From Vicugna vicugna (Eukaryota): 64,000 bases of DNA. The notes beneath the pieces were generated by a model. That model saw nothing but the letters and a program-made list of their open reading frames with translations, was not told where the DNA came from and did not search any database. The stretch covers positions 813,418 to 877,417 of the forward strand of contig MU058257.1 in the NCBI GenBank assembly GCA_013265495.1, written 5' to 3'. Positions within the stretch are counted from its first letter, which is position 1; the number at the start of each line of letters is the position of its first letter. The translations under genes and the position numbers were made by a program. This document shows, piece after piece, positions 50,625 through 64,000 of this stretch.

Positions 50625-51947
50625 ATTTCTTCTCAGAAACTGAGAGACCCCAGCCATGTTCCCCCCGCCCCTTTTGTAAACTGAAAAGGCAGGCATAAAA
50701 TATATACCAGAATCTCACATGACTGAAAACCATTCTCCTCGTATTCCTGGGTACCTGCCTGGTCACAGCTTCCCCAGCTTGCTTTTGAGGAATCTTTCAA
50801 ATGTAAAATACACATTTGCTCTTAGAGAACCTCAGTGGGTGCTGGATACCCAGAGCATCGTCTACCTCAGTCTATTCCGAATGTAAAGACTGACTTCATC
50901 TTGGAAGGAAGTCTTCATTCTTGGTTCCAAATACTTCTTCCCAGTTTGTCCTGGGCAAACAGATTCCTAAGAAAGTGCCAGCGCTGGTGAGTGGCAGTTT
51001 GGTCCCATTGAGAGTCATGATGTGTCTTCCCAGTGTAAACTCCACCCACTCGAACAGATTGAGGAAAGAGCCCCTCCTAACCTTTCATCCCCTCTTCCAC
51101 TTGTAACCTTTGAACTTCATGGGGCTTAAACAAATTAAAGTATTAAATTTCACCATGACTCAAAGTAGTCCAAGGCCTCAGATGAACTGCAGAGAATAAA
51201 GACTGTGTGTGAATTTTTTAGGTCCATGTTGTTGGGCTGTTTAGTGGGTATTTAGAAAGGACCCAAGAGTGTCTCATTCAGGCTGCACCCAAAGGAAAGC
51301 AATGATTTGGGGCCCACGTGCCCTGAGTTCTAGCCCCAGTGCCTATTCACCATGTGGCCTTGGGGCATTTAGAGTTGGGTTAAACTGTTTCTTTTTAAGA
51401 CCCTTCCAGTTTAAATATTCTAGGTTGTAAAAGTGGGAAAAATGAAATGCCTGCGTTGAGGAAACACTCAGTCTTGGAGGGGTGTGTGTGTGTCTCCAGA
51501 TGCGACGCACACATCTCTGTGAAACAAAACAGTTTTCCGCTGAACACTCAGTGATTAAGGAGCACATATGCAAAAAATGGACTCATTCTTGGAGATGACA
51601 TTAATAAATTACATGATTGTATAAAAAGTCTAGGCAGTGTGCATGGCAAAACTTTCTCAACTCTGTTCTGTAAAGGGACAGAAGTCCAGACCACTAGTCA
51701 CCTTTGAGAGAGTTGGCAATCACTCTGGGAGTTTCCAAGTCAGAAATTCTACACCTCTGATGCTCAGGCCACTTGCTGTGGCCATCCCAGACCCTGTCCC
51801 CGCCTGACCACAGGACTCTGTCCCTGATACTCTGCAGTAGGAAGAAGTAAATATAGCTTCCCAGCTTGGGGAAGGGCTGGGACTCAAGAAGTTTAATAAA
51901 TGTATCCCACACTTACAATGTTATGGTATTAATACTTAACCAAATCA

Positions 51948-52198
51948 GGGTAAAGGGGTGGGAAGGGATAAATTGGGAGTTCGAGGTTTGCAGACACTAC
52001 TATACATAAAATAGATAAACAACAAGTTTCTACTGCACAGCACAGGGAACTATATTCAATATCATGTAGTAACCTATGGTGAAAAAGAATATGAAAAGGA
52101 ATATATGTATGTGTATATATGACTGAAACATGGTGCTGGACACCAGAAACTGACACAGCACTGTAAGCTGACAATACTTCAATAATTAAAAAAAAAAT
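51948..52198 (+). mobile_element. LINE-1 3' UTR fragment with polyA
   Basis: 'ggaagggataaattgggagttcgagg...caccagaaactgacacagcactgtaagctgacaatacttcaataattaaaaaaaaaa'. Confidence 0.9.
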
Positions 52199-53619
52199 TG
52201 ACAAATTAAAGAGAAGGGCTTTCTGCCCTTGTTACATGTCATTTTTAATAGTGATTCAATATTTAGGTAGAACTTTCCTACTTACACATCTCCTACATCC
52301 TGAATACATAAGCATTTGGGAAACCGCCGGCCTGAATTCAAAGGTGAAGTACATGGCTTTGGAAGAAAAGCTAACTGATTAACTTAATCCGTACTGCACC
52401 ATGGGATTAAAATTAAGTCTAAGAAATCCCATTCTGTGTCCACTTGATTTCCACCAAGAGTTCTAAATGCATTGTTTTCTCTCCTTGAGGAAAATTCCTA
52501 TTTTTGTTTTCCCAGACAGACTTTCTGCCACATGATAGGAAAGTTCAAAACACATGAGATTTGAAACTTCATGAGAAAAGGAAAATGCGTTTGCATCCCC
52601 TGACCTGGTGTGGTCCCGGGTGCCAGTAGGTGTTTACTCAATGTTTATTGAATAATCTTTATTGAATAATACATTAATGAAGTAACAGGACGGTCAGGAA
52701 TTTGGGGTCCTAACAACACTGGAGTGTTCGGACCTTGTGAATCTCTTCATGGTTCATTTGGACCCTTTGTGAAATGCTTGGCATTGGTTGGTTCTATTCA
52801 GATACTGACTCCTTAGCAAAACCCTGCTGGGCAATTATAAATTCCACAGAAAACCAAGAACATTCTCTCTACCAGTTCAGTTTGGTCCTGGCAGAACCGA
52901 AGTTTTGTGAACTCTTGCCAACGTGCCAACAAGACAATATCTGGAGAAAGATGTTCTGTTAGGTTCACTGAAAATGAGAGCAGCCTTTTCCCCCTTCAGT
53001 TCACCTAGAAGAATTTGTTATAAATACAGAGCACCCTTCTTCCCCAGGGTCGTCTCTAAGGAAGTTCAAGTTTAGATCTTTCTCTCAATGGCTTCCAATA
53101 AGCTCTTCTGGGGTTAAAATATATATATATGACTGTGGCCACATCTACTTTGCAATAAATAAAAATGGAATCAAAGGAAAGCTACCTCCTTCTGCCCCTC
53201 AACTATGTCCAGTCATAACTTTGGACTTAACTACTAGTAATTCTGCCAGCATCTTGATATTTCTTCTAGGGTCACACAGAGGAGGGACGAAGCTGGTTTA
53301 TGTAATGACACTGCCTTTGCTGTCCCCTCTCGTCTCTATGTACCCAAGGCCATTATCTGCATCTTAGTTTCTCCTTGTTGTGTCAAAAGTTAGTGAAGAA
53401 TTGAAGAACTCTTTCATTCTCAGCCTTGAGGGTCCTCAACTTCACGGGAGAAAATGATGTAAAAACATCCCATGAGGTGAATTAACAGCATTCCTATAAA
53501 TTGATAAACAAAATGATTTTATGTTCCAAAAAGAGTTTATGCCTAAAAATAAGACGGATGTTTGTTTTCCCCTCTGAAGAACAGTAACACTGGGCTATCA
53601 GAACCCTCTACTGTGTGTA

Positions 53620-54160
53620 TGAGAATTTATTCACTTACCAGACAAATGTCTATTAAGCACTGATCCTTTGCCTGGCATGGTTCTAGTTTCCGGGGGGACG
53701 ATATGAATAATATCAAAAAAGTCACTGTTTGCAAAACAGAGGCATTTAGAAAACAAACTAATAGTTTAATGTAATTTCAGGTGAGTATGTGAAGGAAAAA
53801 AAGCAGGGTAAGACAGAGGGTACGGACGTGCACTTGTCTGAGAGGCAACATCCATGCGGTCGGACCCAGGAGGAACGTCAGAAGCGAAGCCCGTGGAGGG
53901 GCTGGAGGGGCTGAAGAGCAAGGAGGAGGTGGGTGTGGACCCGGAGCCAAGAAGGACGGCTCCCAGGGAAGTGCTCTTTCAGCCAAGCCGAGATCTGAAC
54001 TTCATTCTAAGCATCACGGTGAGGCAAGTGTTGAAGACTTTGACGGCCAGTGATGCAATCTGATTTTTAGTTTAAAAGATCACTTTGGCTATTTTATGGG
54101 GAAAGAGAGGAAGCTGGGAGCTGGCTAGGAGCAGCCCAGGCAGGCGAGAAATGGAGGTGA
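53620..54160 (-). mobile_element. LINE-2 3' fragment
   Basis: 'atttattcac...aaatgtctattaagcact...tgcctggcatggttctag' and 'atctgatttttagtttaaaagatcactttggct'. Confidence 0.65.
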
Positions 54161-57100
54161 AAACATCAACGTGTCAGCAAGTTACATTGTTCGGATCATC
54201 CCCTGGGTGTGATGGGCAGGGACCCCCCTCCCAGCTCTGCCTCAGAGCCGCGCCGCCTCAGTCCCAGAAGGCAGCGCCCTGAGCAAGCGTGCCCTGCAGC
54301 CACATCTCATGCAGTTGGGTGTCAAACTCATTTTCCCTCCTCACTGAGCCTGGTTAGACTGCAAAGATGTTTGTGTAAGCTCCCAAAATGGCGAAAATGA
54401 GGCAAATTATGTGAGACTAAGAAAGGCACAGGGTAACAGAAGGGGACTGTTGTTCAAGCAGAGGAAGGTGATTGTGCGCCAGGAGGAAACCGGTGCCGGG
54501 GGCATGTGGACACGCCCTCCAATCCCCAGCACTCCCAGTAAGGACAGAGGTGGTCGAGCCAAAGACACACACACAAAATAAGGTAGTCCATTGACCTGTG
54601 TGGTGATTCATTACATTTTCAACACCCAAAATCTAGAGAGTATAACCAGAGAAAAAAAAATCTGGAGCATTTCTGTGCATGTTTGGCAGCATATGAAATG
54701 TGTCCTGAACATCGAAATGCTGGAATTGCCTGGCCATGTTCATGGTTTTATGTAGACAAAGGAACGTATTGCTTAACTTGAGACCATTGAAGAAAGCTGG
54801 GGAGAGACAGACCCCTGAAGCGGGGAGAGCCCTTCTGTAAAAGGAGATTCCAGTCCACCCGAGAGAACCGTGCTGAGGTGAGGGAAGGGGTTTTCAGCTC
54901 CGTTCTCTGAGAGGAAGACGGAGCACAGAGGCGTGAGAAGAGCTGCTCTCAGTTCCACAAGGACCAGACCACTCCCAGAACCTCCACGCCCGTCTGGTCA
55001 TCCATGCGTCTAGCTAGTGCTGTGTGGTCGTCTAACAAGGGTCTGTAAGTCACACATCCTTTCTTTTCTTTCATGTTGCTTCACTTAGCAGAGGAATGAG
55101 TCTCCCTGGCAGGGAAAGTGGAACAAAAGGGAAAAAATGCTTATTTGCCAAAAGAAAAAGAAGTTGTAAAGCAGCATATATGTCCCTCTCTCATACACAC
55201 AAATAAATCATCTCTTAGAAGCAGTATATTTTTATCAGACTTTTTCTGCTTCTAGCCACCTGCAGATCTACTGTTCTTGTAGTTCAGCGAGGAGTCAAAT
55301 ACGTTAAGAAGTAGAAAATGAAACCCAGGGAAAAAATATCAAAAGGGGTTGAAAAGCTTAATTCTGAAGGACAGAGGCTGAAAGATAATGCCGTAGCAAT
55401 TTACAAACATAGCAACTTACACGGAAGTTGGGGACCGATGGCCACCAGTGTCGTGTAATTGAGTGTCTTCTCATCTTTGCTGCAAGGATGCTGATCCAGC
55501 TTCATGATGAACACAAGAATGGATTTAAACTTCATGACGAGAATTTCTGGCTGGTTATAACCAGAATTTCTGGGGAATGAAACAGCTGTTGAATACTAGC
55601 CTGCTTTCCAACACGTAAGGGCTTTGAGAAGTAAACCCTGCTCCTTACAGGTCCATTTCAGTGCTGTTCTCTCTCCCAGTTATTTCCTCCTTTCCATCAT
55701 CGGCCCTATCATCCCACACACTTCTTGTCTTCTGTTTTCAAGCCCTAACTTATTTCAAGGCATAGTTCAAATACCACTATGTTGATTTGATGAACACTTT
55801 GCAATAAAGCAGAACTTGGGAATTCACAGATATTCCATCCATACTTTCAGGGATTCCAATTCTTATTACTCTCCGTGAGCACTGGAATCGTGATGGACAG
55901 AGGGAGTCACTGAGCAATGTGGGAAACTAGTCTCCCGTAGAGCACCTGCACCTTGATGAAGTTCTGTTGTTCTTCGCCTGTCTTTGTCATGCAGTAACTT
56001 CTGAACATGAAATTTGGAATCTTCAAGTTTCTCAGCTTGCATCTCTGGCAAATCCGAAGGATCTACTGTACCAAAAGTCTGTATCGTAGACTCTAACTAG
56101 GGTTTAACTTGAATACGCCGTTTAGGAATTCTGGAATATTGTGGCATACCTCTTGTGCTTTGATTTACATATAAAATAATTAGAGTCCATGAAAAATGGA
56201 TTTATTTATTTTCATATGAAAAATTTTAAGAAATGTATTTAAATTTCATTTTCACAGTTCTTGCTAAGCAATACGAAACATCTGGGGAAAAAAGTGTTTC
56301 AGAGAATTCAGGTTCGATACGCAATGGTCGAGTCCAGTAATTCTACAAAAGCTACGCTGAAGTTGCTCTCGTACTGAGCCATGAAGAAGGGTCCTGGCTC
56401 TGACCCGAGACAGCCAGTGGTAACGGGTTCCTCTTTAAGTCAGGGAGACAAGGCGGGGAAGAGGAGGTGTCAGTGCAGGACAAGGGGTCGCCTACCATAG
56501 GTGTGTCCATGGTCTGTCTCCATGAAAACTTAGCCTGAATCCTTTAAAAATGATCTCTTACATATTAAAGTAAGAGTATTGTTCAGAGGCTGAGCAAGCT
56601 GTTGCAATTGTCATTAAGAGATGGGATGAGGACCGGGAGATGGCATTCTCAGAACTGGGAGAAAGCTGACCAATTTTGCGAGGCACAAAGAATTGAAGCA
56701 ACTTACTGAGAATCACACAGGGTGTAAGTGGCAGGCGCAGACTTCAAGCCCATACTTACGTGACTTTTGAGCTCCTTTTCTTAGCCCTTGTGTTCTGTGT
56801 CTTCTGCACAATGGTGCAAGGCAGAGGAGTGCCCTTGTATCAAGAGACAAAGCTCATGTGAATCTCCCTCATCAAAGGAGACTTAAAACTGGCCGCCTGA
56901 TGGCAGGGGTGGGGTGGGAGACTGCTGGGGTTAGGACATGAGAATTCAGAGGAGTGGGCTCAGCTTGCATGGTCTAGCCTTGGATTTCCCAGTAAAGGAG
57001 ACGGCCAGGAAACAAAAGTTCCTCCTTATATTCTTCTCTAATCACTTACTGTGTGGGATGCCTCACTTTCAAGATGAGAACTCAGTCTCTGATAATATTT

Positions 57101-58179
57101 ATTTAAGAACACTTAACATTTAATTGATAGATGAAAAATTTCATTATGGCCCCGGGGAAATGAGAGGCAGAGGACTGACCGTAGTTACTTTTAAAGGGCT
57201 TTTCAGTTCCCAGAGGACTTATTTTAGTTACATCCTCATTTATAAAAGACATATTCAGATATTCAGGAAGGGACTCCTGAAAGAAATTTCCCGGACAACA
57301 GATGTTTTTCTCTTGGATAGCTATACCCTTCACCTTTACTTTCAATTCTAAACTTTCAGAGCAAACCAGATGTAATCAACTCATGGCCCAAACCTGCAGA
57401 CCATGCATATGTAGATTTATGCAAATATCCATGCAAATCAGGCACAGCCACTGGGCTTCTGGGAGGTTGCAAATGGAGCCCTTGGTACCGCAGAGGTCAA
57501 ACATCCCTGGCTTAGAGCGCAATCCTACATGCAGATTTTTATAGGACAGTGACACCCCTGAGCACGGCAGACTTGAAATGCTGTGATCCTTCTGTGCTTG
57601 AGTAGTTTTCAGTCACAATTAGGAAGCGGTGACCTGGCTCAGAGAAAAGTGAAGAGCGGAGTGAAGCTGAGCTCTGACTCCCCAGTTTACTTCAGGTGGC
57701 TACTGCTCACCTCCCTGCCCCCCACTTTCCACATTTTCTCACGTGCCCACAAAGGGACCTCGGCTGGCGTGCATAATGGCTTTTTTATTTCCAGCGAGCT
57801 TTGATGTGAGTACTGAATTTCCCCAGCTCACCTGAAAGGCAGGATAGTCTAAGGCCACTGTCCTTGGAATGACCTCAATGCTAAGGAGCCGCCGTCCCTC
57901 AGAGGCCGCCCTGTCACCCCAGTTAAAGTATCCAAGGCTACAATGACTGTTACCTCTGCTATGACTGAGAGCTGCAGAATCAGGGACAAAGGCCGTCAGG
58001 CTTTGGAATGTCCTTGTGGGAGCTTGCTGGACACCTCTGGGACCAGGCTAGTCCCAGACCCTCTGTCCTCAGGCAGAAGGGAGGGTCTGTGCAGCAAGTG
58101 GGGTGGTCACACCGCATCAGTGTTACACTCAGAAAAATGAGCCAAAATGGCCTTCTGCCGTCCACAGGTGTGCATTAGT

Positions 58180-58349
58180 TATTTTTAAAAATCTATTTAT
58201 TATTTTTAAAATTTGGGGGGAAGAGGGGAGGTAATTGGGTTTATTTATTTATTATTATTGTTTTTTATTTCATGGAGGTACTGGGGATCGAACCCATGAC
58301 CTCTGCACGCTAAGCATGTGCTCTGCCCCTGAGCTCCACCCTCCCCACC
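58180..58349 (-). mobile_element. tRNA-derived SINE (camelid-type)
   Basis: 'ggaggtactggggatcgaacccatgacctctgcacgctaagcatgtgctctgcccctgagct' with tail 'ggggaggtaattgggtttatttattt'. Confidence 0.85.
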
Positions 58350-59684
58350 TTGCACTGGCTGTGGAGTTCCCAACCAGAGGTTTTGTCTGCTTTGGCTGCA
58401 AGGTTCAATTAAATGGGCTGAGTAGTTAGACTTTAAGCTTTACCAACACTTCTTACCCAGAAACAACTCCCATGTAGGAAAAGCTGAGCAGCTCCCAACC
58501 GTGGCCACGCCTAATCCACCCCCACACTGGATGGTCTCCCGGTCTCCCCCAGACACTCTGTTTCAGAGCCTGATGGTAAGAATATAATGTTTTCCCAGGA
58601 CGGTGGCCAGCGGCAGACACCAGGTCATTAAACACATTCACAGCCGAGTGACTAAAGAAAAGACATGATAGTTTTAATTAATTCTTTGCCATTGAGCCCT
58701 GTGTTCCTCGGAGAAGATGATTGCTTCTCTGTTCCTCTGGACTCCACTTTGACACAACTGAGGTCAAAATGCCAATTTCCTTCAATGAAGCGGTCTGGAA
58801 AATAAGAAAGATAAAAACCTGAAAGCATTGACAAATATTGATTGTTCAGTTGGCAAAAAGGAAATGAGCAAGTTTAAAGTTAGCCAAATTCCATGAGGAG
58901 TGTCTGCAAAAAACTGAATCTACCAGGGTAAATGGTGGTTCTCATGCTGAGAAAAATGTGAAAACAGGATTAAAAGAGGTGGGGGGGAGGAGGCATCTAA
59001 AAAAGTCAGAGATGGAGTTTGCTCAGTTGAGTTAAGAGCCCAGGATTTGGGGGAAAGGAAGTCGGGGCGGGGGTAGTGACTCTTTAAATAGACAAAAAAA
59101 AAAGGCAGATTATGCCATGGGTCAAGGGAATGGATCGAAGCCGAGCTTTCCGTCTCCCAGATATGTACTTTCATTTAGACTGTAAATAATTCTCACCTGT
59201 GGTTAGTCATCAACCAGGTAAGCAGGACCAATATTTGAAGGAGAAAATTGTTCTCACTTCTAATTAAAAGGTATTATGTCCTCTGTTGGCCGTGTTGTCC
59301 AAGAATCCATTAATCAAAGAAGCCATTACATCTCCACTTACATTAATTCCATTATTGTATCACGTGAGTTATGTTCAAACATTTATTACCCAATAATTTT
59401 CAGAGAAAAATGTAATAACTTGGGTGGAGATAATCATTAATGGGAAGAGATTTTTGGCACAGGAGTTAATGAAGTGCATGAACTAACCCTCCAACCCCAA
59501 TTACGATGAACTTTTCCAAATTCCGAGGCTGATGGGAAAGCTTCAAAAGCTGTAAATGAGATTGTAGGATCCGGGCAGCACTGTGTGAATGTCAATTTAG
59601 TCCTAGACTTTTGCAAGGATAATAGCAGGTAAACAAAATCAGAAATCTTCCTCCTCCTCCGGACACTTTGAGGCTGTTTCTTAC

Positions 59685-59735
59685 CTGCCCGTTCGTTTTC
59701 GGCAGCAGCAATTTCCATCATAGAAACCTTTACGT
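59685..59735 (-). other. Candidate 51-nt exon
   Basis: Minus strand reads ttttttacag|ACGTAAAG...CGGGCAG|gtaaga; length is a multiple of 3. Confidence 0.25.
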
Positions 59736-60364
59736 CTGTAAAAAATTACTTTTCTAAAACAGGTGGAAGACTGTTTCTTTTTAAAATCTCAGGTGGAAAC
59801 CAAGTATCATTACAAAAACAACTGAAACAAGACTTGAGAGGTTTTTATAAGAGAATTTATCGTGGGTGTTGCCTCTTACCTCTGCACTTGTCGGGCTTGG
59901 GGACCGTGAGCTAGGCGGTGGCAGCAGTCACCTGATGCTTGCTTTAGGAAGTCTGTGTGACTTTACAGCTGAAAGAGACTTTCCTACATGTACCTAACAC
60001 TAGATTCCAGTCTCTTGAAATGCCAGAGTTTCCCTACAGATCTGAGGCAGAAAAGAGAGCGTAAAGATGAGAAAATCTGGATTTTGGTGCTGTTAATCAT
60101 AGTATCTTTATGATTTTCATAGTATCTTTATGAAGTGGCACGGGCGTTATCTAGACCAGACAAGTTCTCCCAGCCAGAGACGAGGTGAGGCCCCGAGCTG
60201 AGGAATCCAACCGCCCCAGCGTAGAAATGGGTAGGAGAGCAGGGAGCCCCGCAAGGTCCATGGGGGAGGTTTCCATTTTTTAGCAACAGAAAGCCAACAG
60301 AACATGTTTTAAGTAAAACAGCACATGACATCCCAATATATAAAACATAGAAACTAGAGATGCT

Positions 60365-60434
60365 ACAGCAGACATTAACACAACATTGTAAACCGATAAT
60401 ACTTCAATTTTTTAAAAAGTGCAAAAAATAAAAA
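60365..60434 (+). mobile_element. Tiny L1 tail insertion with degenerate TSD
   Basis: 'acattaacacaacattgtaaaccgataatacttcaatt' plus A-tail; agaaactagagatgct (60349) vs agaaaatggagacgct (60435). Confidence 0.7.
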
Positions 60435-63400
60435 AGAAAATGGAGACGCTGGGCTGAAGGCAGAGGGCGTGGAGGATGGAGGTCAGCCCCGAGACCACCA
60501 GGTTCTGCTCCCCAGCCCCATGCGCCCCCTGTGGGAAGTCATCAGGCACTCAGGTCTCCTGGGAACCGCAGGAGATCGGACTGTTCTAGCTGCAAACTAA
60601 AGAACTCAACCTGAGCAAGGATGAGATCAAACAACATGGTGACAGTCATCCTCTAGACCTGGAGGGGTTGCGTGGCTGCGGTCCAGGGCGGGTCTGGAAC
60701 TGGGGTGGCTGGCCATCAGGTCTCTCTGTCTCCCCCTTAAGCACACATGCCACGGGCAAAGGCTGTGATGGGTGTGGTCTGGGTCCAGCCGGCCCCCTGT
60801 GACGGGGGTGGAGGTTTGTGGGGAGGAGTGTGATGTCATGGAGCAGGCACACGTGGGTCATGTGTCGGGTCCCCGAGGAGAAGAGCTGGCTTGGTCACCC
60901 AGCAGTTTGAAAACCACTGAAATAAGACGCTGGAGGTGAAGACACACACTAGTCAGAAAGGGCCAGGAGCTTGGAGACCAGCTGACTTGCAGGGAACACA
61001 GGTAACCTGCGTCTGAGCCCAGCACTGCGATCCAGGACTGGCCGGGGCATGGCCGTTCGCTGTCGGAAAAGTCCAAGGACTAGGGGGATCTAAGACCCCA
61101 GGGGCGGCCTGGAACGCAAACCCGGATCAGGCTTCATGAGGAAGTGGGTGGCTGCGCGGGGAGCTTTGGAGCCGGGGTCCTCACTGCCGGCTGGGGTTCA
61201 GAGCCGAGCTCCAGGTCCCATGGCACACGCACAGAGCGGGGACCCACCTCGGGGGGAGTGGGAACCAACGCGGCCCTGAGAGAGTCACGGATCGAACAAG
61301 ACGGAAGCCCCGTTCTCAGCCCGAGTTCAGGGGAGGGGAGTGGCGGGTCTGTCGTGATAGGATGTCCCCGGGCTGCTGACCAGGTGGGGGGAGCTTTCTG
61401 AGTGGGGGCCCTGGGGAGCCTGCAGGGACGGTGGGGCTAAGGACGTGGCCTCGGCTGGGGCATCTGCACTTCCCATTTGCCCTGAATCGTATTTGTGGGG
61501 AGAGGACATCACTGTGCCCCTGTTCAGTGGCCGCCTCTCTCTTAACCCCTCCCGACAGGGTGAGTGACCATGAGGAGACGAGGAGACTGTCACAGCTCCA
61601 GTCACAGGTCATGCCCGAGCCCAAACAGGGATGTGTTGAAAATGTGGGTCTCTGGAAACAGATGAACACAACCTCCTGGACCTGGGGTCCTAGCCCCTGG
61701 GGTCGACGCAGCTTTCGGGGGCTTATAGAGATTTCTGAAGGCAGATTTCATGAAATCACTTCCAGACTCGCTTATACATATTAGCTTGTGATAGTTTTCT
61801 GGGGTTAGAAGGACTAATATGTTAAGCTTGTCTCCATCTCAACGTGCGACATGTTTTACTCATTTGCTTCGTCTGCTGGAGATTGCAGTGCCACGTGACT
61901 GCTGGAAGGCGGCTATGGAAACGTTTAGAAGCAGGACTCAGGGCTGTGACTTCAAACGCCCACTCCTCACTCTCCTGCCAAGAAATAACAAAATATTTGT
62001 CTCTGAGCTAGCTCACCTCTCTTCCACACACCATCTACAACACACTGCGTCGGCGAGCTGCACGCCAACACCCTTTCTCGCCTGTAAAGGATGGAAATCT
62101 TTTTGCTTCATTTTCAGCTGTTCTCCCAAAGATGAGAAACACCAGGGACACACATTGTTCTCCAACAAATTAGTTTGTCTCGTGATGATTTTTTTCATCT
62201 AATTTAATGGTAAACATCAGAGAAGAGCTTCACTAGGAGCTAAAATGTCAAACACAGACAAAAAAATGTGGTTTGTAACTGTGGTGGGCGTGGCGCTTTT
62301 ATCTGCATGGACCCCTCTCCCAGTTCCCAGGATTTGGTGCCCAGAAGAACAGACACCTCAGTTTGTCACCCCAGGGTGACAGAGTCAAGCATCCCTTTTT
62401 TGTTTTTCCAACTCCTTTCTTTCCCCCGAGGACCCTGAACACATTACATGTAAAACCAGCCATGGCTTTTCTGACATCCTCTGCCCGAGCTGGTGTTACG
62501 CACATGTGCCAGTCACCGGTGAAAGGTGATTACTTATTCAGGAGAGAGAAGCTTTGAAGAACAGTGGGACATGGTTCCCTATAAATGACACATTTTATCT
62601 GTTTTTCAAATAATTCATGGAAAATACTGACATCAAGTGCCAATTATTTTTTCCCCGTGAATAAGGCTGGCAGTCTTATTGTATACTTTAAAAGTCACTT
62701 AGAATTTGCTCACATTTTTTTTCAGTTCCCCAGGGAAAAAGATGTATTTTCTTTGCTCTAAAGATTAAAGTTCAATTTGACTTCATATTTTATGAAAGGG
62801 ACCCTTAAAGGCAGTGCCGCCTCATCTTCCCCCAGACATCATTACAAGTCGTAAACGTGGTGACGGGCGTCTTCTCGGACAGCCCCCAGAGGCCGCGTGC
62901 TAGTTACAATAATAAAGTGCTCCTTGCCCTCCGAAGACATCCGAGAGAGAGCAGGCGGTCACTGCTCACGTGCTAAAGTGAGCCACGCCACTGGAGACAG
63001 CTCATTTTGGACCCAAGCTTAATGCCATGCCTGAATGATCCCACTTCGAACAAAGCAGCCAACAGACTCACTCTGACTGTTTAATTTGAATGAGAATTAG
63101 CTGCTGCTACACACAAGCCCAAGGCCTGTATTATGAAGCAGTTTGCTAGGCATGTTTATTGAAGTCTAGTGACTGCAGGCTTTGGAGCAGGGCGGGGGCG
63201 ATGCCCAATGGAAGCTCACTCTTCGTTTCTGACTCCCCATCCTATGTTAGACTCAAGCTGACACGGCGGGGACGAGAGGGAGGGGTGACAACACCCTTTG
63301 GCTAGTGTCAGGGGCAGCTGTGTCCTGTAGACTCCCAGGGAAGCACACAGACTCAGGAAAACCATGGCCTATATATTTTCATTAAAGAAAGAGCATGTGA

Positions 63401-63849
63401 CTAGTCTACGTGCCATTAGGTAATTGACACAAAGCTCTTCTCAAAGAGCATCATGAGTGCACAAGCACAGGGCTGGTCCGTGCACCGGCTGCTGAGGTTT
63501 CAGTTGAGAGGGTCAAAAAACCCACAGATAACAAAACCCTGGGGTTTGTAGATACTGTTCCCTAACGTAGCCTCCTGGAGACACTTGCACAAGGCTCTCT
63601 GGGATGACTGTATCCTGGACACTCGGTGGGTTCAGCCACACCCATCATAGGCCACTCTATCTTTATACCTTAAAACATGCATTTTATAACACGATCTAGA
63701 GAATCTGAGTTCAAACCCACGAGTGTCAGAGTGCTTTAGAAAGGACTCACTGGGGTCTGGTGTGAGCAGCCAGGCCAAAACAGGAGCTAGAATTCCAGCT
63801 TCTGAGCAACAGCTCATGTTCCAAGGACCAGCTTGTTTTTATCTATATA

Positions 63850-64000
63850 TTTTTTTCATTCACTCAAAAATACTTAGTGAGAATATGTTATTAATCCTTA
63901 GTTCCTGCTTACTAGATGTACTAATTACTAGTTCACATTGTGGGTTAACACTGTTCTAGGCCCTGGAATAGGACAATAAGCAAGACTGACAATACCTGTG
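63850..64000 (-). mobile_element. LINE-2 3' end fragment
   Basis: 'ttcattcactcaaaaatact...cactgttctaggccctggaataggacaataagcaagac'. Confidence 0.55.

Overview
Mammalian genomic DNA, probably camelid: it carries tRNA-headed SINEs and L1 3' ends of the type I recall from alpaca/camel, and I see no Alu, B1, Bov-A/BovB or PRE-1. It is repeat-rich intergenic or deep-intronic sequence with no confidently identifiable protein-coding gene. The six-frame ORFs are mostly chance ORFs or transposon remnants. Recognisable content: many L1, L2, MIR and MaLR fragments, three SINEs, four solo LTRs of one family arranged as two head-to-head inverted pairs, a second LTR family (one complete, one truncated copy), and a heavily decayed Ty3/Gypsy integrase split by an L1. 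The standout is a ~0.9-kb minus-strand fossil reading frame at ~34185-35110 (5 internal stops, 1 frameshift). Its translation aligns by eye, motif by motif, with mononegavirus nucleoproteins (bornavirus N, and the filovirus NP C-lobe), making it a candidate endogenous RNA-virus element from a divergent lineage. All homology calls are manual comparisons against remembered sequences, not database results.
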